A DNA stretch of 64,000 nt from an uncultured Clostridia bacterium (GTDB taxonomy: Bacteria > Bacillota > Clostridia > Christensenellales > UBA1242): the NCBI GenBank assembly GCA_944350085.1, contig CALVNY010000013.1, forward strand, positions 2,812-66,811, in the 5' to 3' direction. Numbering within the stretch: position 1 is the first letter of the stretch; each line of letters begins with the position of its first letter. Positions 1-9,475 of the stretch are shown piece after piece. The position numbers and the translations under genes are program-made. The notes under the pieces are model-generated. The model was given only the letters and a program-made list of their open reading frames with translations. It ran no database searches and was not told the DNA's origin.

Positions 1-1
1 A

Positions 2-196
2 GAAACTGAATTAGAAGTTGGTGAGAAAGAAGTTTTGATTGCTAATTTGAATCCTGAAAATGCAACAAACAAAAATTGCTAGTTGTAAAGCAGTGATGAA
101 AGTGTTGCAACTATTTTTGAAAATGGTAATAATGCACAATTATTTACTATTGATATTAGTGGCTTAACTTTGCATAGCGAGCCAAAACAAGCATAA
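2..196 (+). pseudogene. 3' remnant of a Big_2 (bacterial Ig-like) surface-protein gene with in-frame TAG (80-82) and TAA (86-88)
   Basis: Frame 2 reads ETELEVGEKEVLIANLNPENATNKNC*L*SSDESVATIFENG.... This fits the Big_2 pattern L.vGe..L.a..P.nAtnk..W.SSd.svAt, with the stops falling inside the conserved block. Final TAA at 194-196, followed by a terminator. The window starts inside the gene. Confidence 0.4.
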
Positions 197-201
197 AATA
201 A

Positions 202-236
202 AAAACCCTTTTTATAAGGGTTTTTATTTTTTTATT
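202..236 (+). terminator. rho-independent terminator
   Basis: AAAACCCTT (202-210) pairs with AAGGGTTTT (216-224), followed by a T-run. Confidence 0.7.
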
Positions 237-250
237 AAATTAATTTAGAT

Positions 251-325
251 TGGTAGCCCTATGGGGAATCGAACCCCAGATTACACCGTGAGAGGGTGTC
301 GTCTTAACCTCTTGACCATAGGGCC
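251..325 (-). tRNA. tRNA-Glu (anticodon CUC)
   Basis: Reverse complement GGCCCTATGGTCAAGAGGTTAAGACGACACCCTCTCACGGTGTAATCTGGGGTTCGATTCCCCATAGGGCTACCA folds as a cloverleaf: anticodon stem ACACC/GGTGT, loop CT-CTC-AC, T-arm TGGGG-TTCGATT-CCCCA, encoded CCA. The layout resembles Bacillus tRNA-Glu. Confidence 0.85.
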
Positions 326-496
326 ATAAAATTATGTTTATTTAAACAAAAATAGTATACAATAAATTATAAACTTTTGCAATACAACAAAACAAAAATT
401 AAAATTTAATATAATTAAGTAAAATTAATTATTGATTTTGTTGAAAGTTAAAGAAAATTAAAAATTATAATTATTAATTGCACTAAACTTTGTATT

Positions 497-931
497 ATGC
501 TAAAATTAGGTATGGAATATTATAGAACAATGTCGTTAGACCTTGGCGATGTAAGAATTGGTATTGCAATTAGTGATATTTTGAATATTATTGCAAATGG
601 TCTTGAAACATATAATAGGCAAAGTGATGAAAAAGATGTGCAATATATTGCAAACTTGGTAAAAGAACACAATGTTAAAGTTATAGTTTTGGGATTGCCA
701 ATTAACATGGACGGTACAAAAGGCGAAAGGGTTGAAAAAACCTATGCATTTGCTGAAAAATTAAAAAAAGTGGTTGATTGTAAAATTGATTATATGGATG
801 AAAGGCTAACCACTGTTACTGCTGAAAGAGTTTTAATTGATGGAAATGTAAGGCGAGATAAAAGAAAACAAGTAATTGATAAACTTGCAGCAACAATCAT
901 ATTGCAAAGTTATTTAGATATGAAAAAATAA
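497..931 (+). CDS. ruvX: Holliday-junction resolvase-like RuvX/YqgF
   Basis: MSLDLGDVRIGIAISD N-terminal motif, plus VIVLGLPINMDGT and a DE...T..A C-terminal pattern typical of YqgF. Start is uncertain (ATG at 497, 512 or 527; none has a good RBS). Confidence 0.8.
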   Translation: MLKLGMEYYRTMSLDLGDVRIGIAISDILNIIANGLETYNRQSDEKDVQYIANLVKEHNVKVIVLGLPINMDGTKGERVEKTYAFAEKLKKVVDCKIDYMDERLTTVTAERVLIDGNVRRDKRKQVIDKLAATIILQSYLDMKK

Positions 932-943
932 GGAGTTTTAAAA

Positions 944-1375
944 ATGGCAAAAGAAATAGAAAAAGAAGAAAACAAAAATGCTGTTGAGGAAAATAAACCA
1001 ACAAAAGAGACAAAAAAAATAGAAGAAGAAAAAACTGATAATACAGTTAAGTACGAACCACCAGAATTTCTTAAAAAATTGCTTGACCCAGAAAACAAAG
1101 AGCCTATTGAGTTTGTTGATGAAAATGGCGAAAATTTAAGTTTTGAACAAGTTGCTATTATTCCAAGAGATGGAAAAGTTTACGCCATTTTAAAACCCGT
1201 TGATGAAATGGAAGGTGTAAAAGAAGACGAAGCGCTTGTTTTTGTGGTTGACTATGATGAAGATTTGATGCAAGATTATTTAAAACTTGTTGAAGATGAT
1301 GCAGATATTGAAATTGTTTTCCAAATGTATTACGATTTACTAAGAGATGCTGGCGTTGATGTTGATGGTGAATAA
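944..1375 (+). CDS. DUF1292 family protein (YrzB-like)
   Basis: Core sequence EFVDENGENLSFEQVAIIPRDGKVYAILKPVDE...EALVFVV, acidic tail, AAGGAG RBS. Its position directly after ruvX is the usual Firmicute arrangement. Confidence 0.75.
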   Translation: MAKEIEKEENKNAVEENKPTKETKKIEEEKTDNTVKYEPPEFLKKLLDPENKEPIEFVDENGENLSFEQVAIIPRDGKVYAILKPVDEMEGVKEDEALVFVVDYDEDLMQDYLKLVEDDADIEIVFQMYYDLLRDAGVDVDGE

Positions 1376-1390
1376 TTTTTAAGTATTAAA

Positions 1391-1418
1391 AAAACTCTTA
1401 AATTTAAGAGTTTTTTTT
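1391..1418 (+). terminator. rho-independent terminator
   Basis: AAACTCTTA / TAAGAGTTT hairpin followed by T8. Confidence 0.7.
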
Positions 1419-1443
1419 AATTTAATTTTAATTTATGTAAATA

Positions 1444-1578
1444 TTACATTTTTTCTAATTGTTTTTTTACGGCTTTTTTGCCTTTTTCAACAACTTGTTG
1501 TGCTTTTTTGTTTTGGCTAACATATAGTGCTCCTGCAAGTGCACCAACGGCTAAACCGACTAATAATGAATCTTTCAT
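1444..1578 (-). CDS. small YtxH-like membrane-anchored protein (44 aa), absent from the ORF track
   Basis: Reverse strand: AAGGAGGAAC RBS, then ATG (1578-1576). Translation is MKDSLLVGLAVGALAGALYVSQNKKAQQVVEKGKKAVKKQLEKM, stop at 1446-1444. A Gly/Ala-rich transmembrane (TM) helix is followed by a Lys-rich helix. Confidence 0.6.
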   Translation of the reverse strand: MKDSLLVGLAVGALAGALYVSQNKKAQQVVEKGKKAVKKQLEKM

Positions 1579-1885
1579 AAGTTCCTCCTTAAATATCTTA
1601 GTGTAAATACATATAATAATTAATTTAATAATTATTTATTTTTATTTTGTGTAGAAAGTAAATATTTATGCATGTTATGACTATTTATGCTATTTAATAA
1701 ATAGTAAAAAATTGTTAAAGATTCTTGTTGAATAAAGGTGTGTTTGTTGCTAAATTTTTAATATTTTTATACAAATTTACTTTTTTTTAATATAATGTTG
1801 CATAAAGAGACAAAAAGGTATATAATTTAGTCGTTAATTCCCTTTTGGAGTTATTAAATGTGCTTAAAAAATAAAGGAGTAGAGT

Positions 1886-2161
1886 ATGGATCAATTCGAG
1901 GAACAAAATCAACCTGTTACTGCACAAAATAAAAAAGGCAACAAGGGTTGGGGCGTTTTAGGATTCTTTATTCCATTGGCAGGTTTAATTTTGTTTTTAG
2001 TTTGGAAAAATGATAGGCCTGCTGATGCAAAATATGCTGGTATTGGTGCTCTAATTGGCTTTATTGTTAATTTTGCATTTAGCATTGTTTGGGGTATTTT
2101 AATTGCTAATGGCGCTTTTGCAGGATTATATAGCGGGTTGGGTGCAATCACATTATTATAA
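1886..2161 (+). CDS. small integral membrane protein (2-3 TM), function unknown
   Basis: AAGGAG RBS. Hydrophobic segments GWGVLGFFIPLAGLILFLVW and IGALIGFIVNFAFSIVWGILI. Terminator follows. Confidence 0.6.
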   Translation: MDQFEEQNQPVTAQNKKGNKGWGVLGFFIPLAGLILFLVWKNDRPADAKYAGIGALIGFIVNFAFSIVWGILIANGAFAGLYSGLGAITLL

Positions 2162-2172
2162 AAAATCCATTT

Positions 2173-2198
2173 GTCACTTATAGTAAGTGACTTTTTTT
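2173..2198 (+). terminator. rho-independent terminator
   Basis: GTCACTTA / TAAGTGAC hairpin followed by T7. Confidence 0.75.
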
Positions 2199-2390
2199 AT
2201 TAAATAAAGGAAAAGATTTTAAAATAAACAAATAAAAATATAGATTTAAACAAATAATTTTGTTTTTAATAAAGTAATTTAAAATTTAGTTTAATACTTG
2301 TGAAACACTTAATATATAAAAACTCTATCATTTAAGATAGAGTTTTTTGTAAATTGAAGAAACTTTATTAGTTTTTATTTTGGATTACTA

Positions 2391-3674
2391 TTAATTTTCT
2401 ATTTTTTTGATATTAAACATACTATTTAAAACTAGCCAATTTTGGTTAAAGAAATTGTTAATTGTCCAATAACTAACACCTGCCAATTTAAACTTGTCAA
2501 CCAACTTTAATCTTTCGTAAGTGCTTTCTGCGTTGTCGAACCAAACAATATGCTTTTTATTTAAATTGTCAACATAATTAAAATATGGGGCTTTTGCTGT
2601 TTTGTCAAAATAAATTGTTGCCCCTTTTTCGATTGCTAAATTTACGGCATTAACATTTGTTAATGTTGTTGCAGGATTGTTTGGAGAATATGGATAGGTC
2701 CAATCATAAGCGTAGTTTGGCATACCCATTAAAATTTTATTACTAGGAATTGCAGTTACGGCATAAGTTAACACTTGTTCAACTTGGTCATAAGGACTGA
2801 TTGCCATTGGTGGTCCATACATATATCCCCACTCGTAAGTCATAATTATTACTCTATCTGCAATTTCGCCAATTTGTTTATAATCGTGTGCTTCATACAA
2901 CAAACCTGTTTGGTTTTCTCTATATTTTGGTGCAACGGCAACACTTAAATAATAATTATTTTTCTTTAATTCGGTGTTTAATCTTTTCAAAAATTGAATA
3001 TAACTTTCTTTATCGTAAGGATAAATATATTCAAAATCAATATCAACCCCATAATAGTTTTTAGTGGATAAAGTGTTCAAGATGTTGTTAATTAGAGTTG
3101 TTTGGGCTAGTTCGTTTGTAAGTATTGAGTGTGCCACATCACTGTCAAATCCACCACTTCCACCAATATTTGTAACAACCATTAAAGGGGCAACATTTTT
3201 TGCTCTTGCTTTTTCTATTAAGTTTGTTTCATACAATAAAGACATATTTCCATCATCTTTTGCTTGATAACTAAATATTGCAAGATAAGTTAAATAAGGC
3301 AAAGTTTGATTTAAAACCTGTTCATTAATATTTGCTATTGCATAGCCATTAACTTCAATGTTTCCAAACTCTTTATTTGGCAATGGAATTACAACCACTT
3401 GCCCCACGTTAAGGGCATTTGGATTTGTAATTTCTGGATTGCTTTCAATAATATCACTTAAAGGGATATCAAACATTTTTGATATTTTGTACAATGTGTC
3501 GCCATTTTTTACTGTGTAGTTTATTTTGTCCACATCTATTACAATATTTTGACCAATAGTAAGTTTGTTAGGTGTGGAAATTTGATTGTCTAATACAAGT
3601 TTTTCAATAGGCACTCCATAAAAATTTGATATTTTATATAAAGTGTCGCCAGATTTAACTATGTGTATTACCAT
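2391..3674 (-). CDS. LysM-LysM glycoside hydrolase family 18 protein (YaaH/SleL-like peptidoglycan hydrolase)
   Basis: Two N-terminal LysM repeats (GDTLYKIS...). GH18 catalytic motif YGVDIDFEYI (DxDxE). AAGGAG RBS. Confidence 0.8.
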   Translation of the reverse strand: MVIHIVKSGDTLYKISNFYGVPIEKLVLDNQISTPNKLTIGQNIVIDVDKINYTVKNGDTLYKISKMFDIPLSDIIESNPEITNPNALNVGQVVVIPLPNKEFGNIEVNGYAIANINEQVLNQTLPYLTYLAIFSYQAKDDGNMSLLYETNLIEKARAKNVAPLMVVTNIGGSGGFDSDVAHSILTNELAQTTLINNILNTLSTKNYYGVDIDFEYIYPYDKESYIQFLKRLNTELKKNNYYLSVAVAPKYRENQTGLLYEAHDYKQIGEIADRVIIMTYEWGYMYGPPMAISPYDQVEQVLTYAVTAIPSNKILMGMPNYAYDWTYPYSPNNPATTLTNVNAVNLAIEKGATIYFDKTAKAPYFNYVDNLNKKHIVWFDNAESTYERLKLVDKFKLAGVSYWTINNFFNQNWLVLNSMFNIKKIEN

Positions 3675-3812
3675 AAAAACTCCTTTATTATTAAATATAT
3701 TTTTATATATGACAAATTATCTTTTTTGTTGTAAAACAAAAATTATTTTTACATATATATGTTAAATTGACTTTTAGTGTAATAAATTATAAAATTTTAA
3801 AGAGGTGTTTAA

Positions 3813-5309
3813 ATGGTAACATTATGTATTTTAGATGGTTTTGGAATTAATCCAAACGAATATGGTAACGCAATAAAACAACAAGGAACTCCAAACTTAA
3901 AAAAATTAGATTTGTATCCTACCGCAACAATAAAAGCCAGTGGACTTGCTGTTGGACTAAATGAAGGGCAAATGGGCAATAGCGAGGTTGGACATTTAAA
4001 TTTAGGAGCCGGACGCGTTGTTTATCAAGATTTGCCAAAAATAAATAATGAAATTTTAAATGGCAACTTTTTTAAAAATAAGGCTTTTTTAGAAGTTATG
4101 AATCATGTTTTAGAAAACAATTCAAATCTTCATTTAATGGGGTTGCTGTCTAATGGAGGAGTGCATTCGCATATTAATCATTTAAAAGCACTAGTTGATA
4201 TGGCGAATGCTATTGGAATTAAAAATATATTTATTCATGCCATATTAGATGGCAGGGACACTTTGCGTGATAGTGGTATAAACTTTATAAAGGAAATTGA
4301 ATCTTACATTAAAGACAAAGCAAAAATTGCAACAATTTCCGGTAGGGTTTACACCATGGATAGAGAAAACAGATGGGATAGAATAAAGAAGTCCTATGAT
4401 ATGCTAATAAATGGTGTTTCAACATACGAAAATAGCAGTGCTGTTGATGCAGTAAGGTTAAGTTATGAAAATGGAATATATGATGAATTTGTTGAGCCAA
4501 CAATAATTGTTAAAGATGCTTGCGTTAAGGACAACGATGGTTTTATATTCTTTAATTATAGAACCGACAGAGCACGAGAAATTACAAATGCAATAACTCA
4601 AGCTGATTTTAAAGAATTTAAGCAAATAAAAATTAAAAATTTAAAATATTGCTGTATGACAGAATATTCAAGTGATTTTAAAGGTTTGCTTGTTGCATAT
4701 CCTCCAGAAGTGATAGATGACAACTTAAGTGCTGTTTTATCAAGTAGGGGATTAAAACAATTTCATATTTCTGAAACAACAAAATATGCTCATGTTACTT
4801 TTTTCTTTAATGGTGGAATTGAAAAAGCATATAAAGGTGAGGACAGAAAACTTATTGAAAGCGTAAATGTTAAAGATTTTTCAGATTATCCAAATATGAG
4901 AGCGTACGAAATAACAGAGGAAGTTGTAAATGCAATAAAAAGCAAAAAATATGATTTTATTTTAGTTAATATTTCTAACCCAGATATGATTGGTCACACA
5001 GGTAATTTAAATGCGGCAATAGAAGCAATAAAAGCAGTAGATGAATGTGCATATAAAATTGCTATGGAAACTTTAAAAGTTAAAGGCCATTGTATAATAA
5101 CAGCCGACCACGGAAATTGTGAAGAAATGCTAGATAAAGACGGAAATGTTTTAACACAACACACAACAAACCCTGTTCCACTTTGGTTGGTTTCTGATGA
5201 ATACAAAGATGTTAAACTAAGTGATGGAAAGTTGGCAAATATTGCTCCAACAATTTTAAAACTTTTAAATCAAACAATTCCAGAAAATATGGAAAAACCA
5301 TTGTTTTAA
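3813..5309 (+). CDS. gpmI: 2,3-bisphosphoglycerate-independent phosphoglycerate mutase
   Basis: ILDGFG..., MGNSEVGHLNLGAGR, GGVHSH, ADHGN motifs. About 500 aa. Confidence 0.92.
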   Translation: MVTLCILDGFGINPNEYGNAIKQQGTPNLKKLDLYPTATIKASGLAVGLNEGQMGNSEVGHLNLGAGRVVYQDLPKINNEILNGNFFKNKAFLEVMNHVLENNSNLHLMGLLSNGGVHSHINHLKALVDMANAIGIKNIFIHAILDGRDTLRDSGINFIKEIESYIKDKAKIATISGRVYTMDRENRWDRIKKSYDMLINGVSTYENSSAVDAVRLSYENGIYDEFVEPTIIVKDACVKDNDGFIFFNYRTDRAREITNAITQADFKEFKQIKIKNLKYCCMTEYSSDFKGLLVAYPPEVIDDNLSAVLSSRGLKQFHISETTKYAHVTFFFNGGIEKAYKGEDRKLIESVNVKDFSDYPNMRAYEITEEVVNAIKSKKYDFILVNISNPDMIGHTGNLNAAIEAIKAVDECAYKIAMETLKVKGHCIITADHGNCEEMLDKDGNVLTQHTTNPVPLWLVSDEYKDVKLSDGKLANIAPTILKLLNQTIPENMEKPLF

Positions 5310-5322
5310 TTAAATTAAAAAA

Positions 5323-5348
5323 ATATGGAAATAACTCCATATTTTTTA
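5323..5348 (+). terminator. rho-independent terminator
   Basis: ATATGGA / TCCATAT hairpin followed by a T-run. Confidence 0.7.
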
Positions 5349-5470
5349 TTGTTAAAATTTATGTTTACTATTTTTTATTTTATGATATAATGTGTATGAA
5401 TAAGTGTTCATATATTTGACTTAATTTAAAAAAATTAGTTAATATTAAACAGGCAAAATAAAGGAGAAAA

Positions 5471-6181
5471 ATGATTAAATTAAAAGATGTTTCTTATTAT
5501 GTGTTAGATGAAAAAACAAACGCACAAAAAGAAATTTTAAAAGATATAAACATAGAATTTAAGAAAAACAAAATTACAGTAATAACTGGTCACAATGGAA
5601 GTGGCAAAAGCACATTAATGAAGTTGCTTATGGGAATTTCTAAGCCAACCAGTGGTGAAATTTATTACAATGGAACAAACATAACCGATTTAAGTGTAAC
5701 TGCACGAGCAAATTTAGGAATAACAATGGCATTTCAACAACCTGTTAGATTTAAAGGATTAACTGTAAAAAACTTGTTAGATGTTGCAAGTGCCAAAACC
5801 ACAAACTTAAATGATGTTTGTGAATATTTGTCTACAGTTGGTTTGTGTGCAAAGGAATATATAAACCGTGAATTAGATGGCACGCTTTCTGGAGGGGAAC
5901 TTAAAAGAATTGAACTAGCAATGGCGTTGGCAAAAGGTGGAGAAGTTTTTTTGTTTGATGAACCTGAAGCAGGAATTGACTTGTGGAGTTTTGAAGAATT
6001 GATAAAAATTTTTAAAAAACTTAAAAACAAAACTATTATTATAGTTAGCCACCAAAACAAAATATTAGAAATAGCCGACTATGTGCTTTTATTAAATAAC
6101 ATAGGCTATAAAATGGGCAAAAAAGACGAAATTTTGGGCAAAATTGAAAATTCAAAATGTGCTAGATTAAGTGAGGTGTAA
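5471..6181 (+). CDS. sufC: SufC-like Fe-S cluster assembly ABC ATPase
   Basis: Walker A GHNGSGKST, signature LSGGELKR, Walker B FLFDEPEAGID. No membrane domain. Directly followed by a SufB/D-like gene. Confidence 0.75.
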   Translation: MIKLKDVSYYVLDEKTNAQKEILKDINIEFKKNKITVITGHNGSGKSTLMKLLMGISKPTSGEIYYNGTNITDLSVTARANLGITMAFQQPVRFKGLTVKNLLDVASAKTTNLNDVCEYLSTVGLCAKEYINRELDGTLSGGELKRIELAMALAKGGEVFLFDEPEAGIDLWSFEELIKIFKKLKNKTIIIVSHQNKILEIADYVLLLNNIGYKMGKKDEILGKIENSKCARLSEV

Positions 6182-6182
6182 A

Positions 6183-7100
6183 ATGGAAAAGATTGACGAA
6201 GAACTTTTACAACAAATAGCAGATTTGCACCAAGTGCCAACGGGAAGTTATAACATTAGAAAAAATGGAAAAAGCATAGGAAGTGCAAGCACAAAAGAAA
6301 TAGAAATTGTGCCAAAAACAAATAAAAGTGGCATTGACATTATAGTAAAGCCTAATGTTAAAAACAAAAGTGTGCATATTCCTGTTATAGTAACCGAAGC
6401 AGGATTTAAAGATTTGGTTTATAATGATTTTTACATTGGAGATGGGGCAGATGTTTTTATTGTTGCAGGTTGTGGAATACACAACGACTCAACAAAGGCA
6501 TCAGGTCACGATGGAATTCACACTTTCCATATTGGAAAAAACTCAAAAGTAAAATACATTGAAAAGCACTTAGGATTAGGCAAAAATATGGGAGGTAAAA
6601 TTTTAAATCCAACCACAAACATCATAATGGAAGATGGTAGCGAGTTTGAAATGGAAACCATACAACTTGGTGGAGTTACATCGTCTAATAGACTAACCAA
6701 TGCCAAATTAAAAAAAGATGCCAAATTAATTATAAAAGAAAAAATTTTAACAACAGACAATCAAACTGCCACAACCAAGTTTAAAGTTGTGTTGGTTAAA
6801 GATGGGGCAAGTGTAAATGTAATTAGTCGAAGTGTTGCAAAAGACAATTCAAAACAAAAATTTGTTTCTAAAATTGTGGGTGATGCAAATTGTTTTGGAC
6901 ATGTTGAATGTGATGGAATTATTTTGAACAACGCAAGAATTGTAAGCATTCCTGAAATTGATGCAAAAAATGTTAATGCTAGTTTGGTTCACGAAGCTGC
7001 AATAGGGAAAATTGCAGGGGAAGAAATAACAAAACTTATGACTCTTGGACTAACTCAAACCGAAGCTGAAGATTTAATTATTAAAGGTTACTTAAATTAA
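6183..7100 (+). CDS. short SufB/SufD-family Fe-S assembly scaffold protein
   Basis: Beta-helix-type repeats and the C-terminal pattern VHEAAIGKI..E....L.TLGL...A..LI..GYL typical of SufB/D. ATG at 6183 sits 1 nt after the sufC stop, with a GAGGTG RBS. The ORF-track GTG at 6171 is less likely. Confidence 0.7.
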   Translation: MEKIDEELLQQIADLHQVPTGSYNIRKNGKSIGSASTKEIEIVPKTNKSGIDIIVKPNVKNKSVHIPVIVTEAGFKDLVYNDFYIGDGADVFIVAGCGIHNDSTKASGHDGIHTFHIGKNSKVKYIEKHLGLGKNMGGKILNPTTNIIMEDGSEFEMETIQLGGVTSSNRLTNAKLKKDAKLIIKEKILTTDNQTATTKFKVVLVKDGASVNVISRSVAKDNSKQKFVSKIVGDANCFGHVECDGIILNNARIVSIPEIDAKNVNASLVHEAAIGKIAGEEITKLMTLGLTQTEAEDLIIKGYLN

Positions 7101-7103
7101 AAA

Positions 7104-7128
7104 ATAGGTTAATTTAACCTATTTTTTT
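7104..7128 (+). terminator. rho-independent terminator
   Basis: TAGGTTA / TAACCTA hairpin followed by T7. Confidence 0.7.
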
Positions 7129-7214
7129 GTTATATTTATTTTTAACTTTTTATTTATAAATGCTATACTATATAAAATATTTAGTAATTTATTAGTTAAA
7201 TGGGGGGTGTTAAA

Positions 7215-8027
7215 ATGAAAATTATTGATTGTCACACACATTTACAAACCAAAGAATTAATTAATGAATACAACCTAAATGGCAATTATGCTATTTCAAT
7301 AAAAGCATTAAAATCACTAATTGGAAATGGAAATAAATTTTATAGAGCAGTTAACGATTTTGACAATATATTTATAGTTGAATGCATTGATGCTAATAAA
7401 AGCATTAGAAAACAACTAAACAAAATTGAAAAAAGGTTAAAAAGAACAAATAAAATAATTGGAATAAAAATTTATTTGGGATATCAAAGTATTTACGCTA
7501 ATGACGAAAAACTTTACCCTATTTATTATTTTGCATTAAAGCACAATTTAACTATTGTGTTTCATTGTGGAGTTGGTAGTGAAAACTTAAAAGATGGATT
7601 CGGTTCTGCTTATGCTGATGCAAGCAAAATTGAAGATGTAGCAAAATACTTTCCTTCTGTTAAATTTGTGGCAAGTCATTTTAATGAACCCGATTTTGAA
7701 AGTTGTGCCAACCTTGTTTTAAATTACGATAATGTGTTTACAGATATTTCTGGTGGGTTAGAAAATGTAACAAATAAGCCTAGTGACATTGTAGTTGCTG
7801 AATATGTAAATAAAATAGAGCCTTTAATAAAAAAATACAAAGACACAAATTTATACAAAAAAGTGATGTTTGGAACAGATTTTTTTGGAGCGGCTAGTGG
7901 ATTTGGATTTAAAGATGAATATGTTTTGGTTCTAAAAAAATTGTTTGACAAAGAGTGTATGGATAATTTGCTATTTATTAATTGTTTAAATGCTTATCCT
8001 AAAATTAAAGAAATAATAAAATACTAA
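7215..8027 (+). CDS. metal-dependent amidohydrolase-fold (TIM-barrel) hydrolase
   Basis: N-terminal IIDCHTHL, later FHCG, ASHF and FGTDF metal-ligand motifs. GGGGGTG RBS before the ATG at 7215. Confidence 0.55.
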   Translation: MKIIDCHTHLQTKELINEYNLNGNYAISIKALKSLIGNGNKFYRAVNDFDNIFIVECIDANKSIRKQLNKIEKRLKRTNKIIGIKIYLGYQSIYANDEKLYPIYYFALKHNLTIVFHCGVGSENLKDGFGSAYADASKIEDVAKYFPSVKFVASHFNEPDFESCANLVLNYDNVFTDISGGLENVTNKPSDIVVAEYVNKIEPLIKKYKDTNLYKKVMFGTDFFGAASGFGFKDEYVLVLKKLFDKECMDNLLFINCLNAYPKIKEIIKY

Positions 8028-8043
8028 CATAACGGGGAAAAAA

Positions 8044-8796
8044 TTGAACAAAATTGTTGTTGTCGATTGTGATGGAACTACACTAAATAAAGATGAAAAA
8101 ATTTCAAAATTTACTTACGAAACCTTAAAAGAAGTTTCAAAAACCAACACTTTAATTGTTGCCACAGGAAGAAATCTTGAAGGTGTAAAATTTGCATATA
8201 ATGGCTTCGAATTAATAGGAGATTTTATAATTGCGTGTGATGGCGCGTTGGTATATGATTTAAAAAACAACAAAACCATTTACGCAAATAAAATTGCAAA
8301 ATCATCAATTTTAAGCGTAATTAAAATCTTAAATAAATACTCATTAACAAGAATAGATATATTTCTTGGCGCAGGCTATAATAAAATAGTTGAAGACAAA
8401 GAAGTTTTACTAAATGAAGATGATGCAACTAAATTGGAAGTGTATTTTGAAAATTTTGAAGACCTTAAATGTGCTCAAAAAGAAATAAATATGTTGGACA
8501 ATTTGTCGGCACACGTTCAAAGTGTTTCAATTTCAAATGTTGTTTGGTTAACCATAATTAACAAAAACAATAGCAAAGGTTCAGCATTAATGTGGCTTGC
8601 AAATAGATTTGGTTTTAATTTTAAAGATTCAATATGTTTTGCTGATGCAGGCAACGACATTTCAATGTTTAAATTGTGCAACAAAAGAATTGCTGTTGCA
8701 AACGCCATTGACGACATAAAAAAATTGGCAACAGACATAACACTTTCGTGTAATGATGATGGCGTTGCGCATTATTTAAAAACTCATATATTATAA
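8044..8796 (+). CDS. Cof-type HAD-IIB phosphatase
   Basis: VVDCDGTTL (DxDGT), ATGR, and FADAGNDISMF motifs. TTG start with a GGGGAA RBS. Confidence 0.75.
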   Translation: MNKIVVVDCDGTTLNKDEKISKFTYETLKEVSKTNTLIVATGRNLEGVKFAYNGFELIGDFIIACDGALVYDLKNNKTIYANKIAKSSILSVIKILNKYSLTRIDIFLGAGYNKIVEDKEVLLNEDDATKLEVYFENFEDLKCAQKEINMLDNLSAHVQSVSISNVVWLTIINKNNSKGSALMWLANRFGFNFKDSICFADAGNDISMFKLCNKRIAVANAIDDIKKLATDITLSCNDDGVAHYLKTHIL

Positions 8797-8864
8797 AGTT
8801 GTTAACAAAAGATATAAATATTTTTCCATTAATTTATAACTTTTTGACAAAAAGTGGAGGGATT

Positions 8865-9398
8865 ATGTACACAAAAACCGAAGAAGCAATTATGTTTGCA
8901 ACAAGAGCTCATCAAGGGCAAAAACGAAAAGATGGAACAGATTTTATTTGCCACCCATTATGTGTTGGCTATATGATTAAAGAAATGGGATTGGACGAAA
9001 AATATGTTATAATTGGAATATTACACGACATAATTGAAGACACTAGTTATAATTATAACGACATAAAAGAAAGGTTTGGCGAAGAAATTGCAAATGCAGT
9101 TAAGTCTTTGTCGGAAGACAACAAAATAAAAGATTATAAAACCAGAAAAATGGCTTTTATGGAGCAAATAAAAAAACTTGATTCTAATTTAATTATGGTT
9201 GAGTGTGCAGACAAACTACATAACTTATTGTACGATTATAATATTAACCCCAACATTTTAAATGATTATAGCGAACATAGAAGATGGTTTTATTTTGAAA
9301 TTTTAAAAATAATAAAAAGAAAATGCAAGGGGGAAATTGTTGAAAGGTTAAAAGCAATGGTTAAATTGTTAAAGCCATTGGAAAATGTTGAAAATTAA
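8865..9398 (+). CDS. HD-domain protein of the RelA/SpoT hydrolase type (possible small alarmone hydrolase)
   Basis: AHQGQKRKDGTDFICHPLCV...GILHDIIEDT matches the (p)ppGpp-hydrolase HD motif. GGAGGG RBS before the ATG at 8865. Confidence 0.6.
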   Translation: MYTKTEEAIMFATRAHQGQKRKDGTDFICHPLCVGYMIKEMGLDEKYVIIGILHDIIEDTSYNYNDIKERFGEEIANAVKSLSEDNKIKDYKTRKMAFMEQIKKLDSNLIMVECADKLHNLLYDYNINPNILNDYSEHRRWFYFEILKIIKRKCKGEIVERLKAMVKLLKPLENVEN

Positions 9399-9475
9399 AA
9401 ATGTGATTTTTTAGAACAAGATTATAAAATAAATTTAATTGTTGACTATTGTAAAAAGGGGAAAAGAAAAAAACA

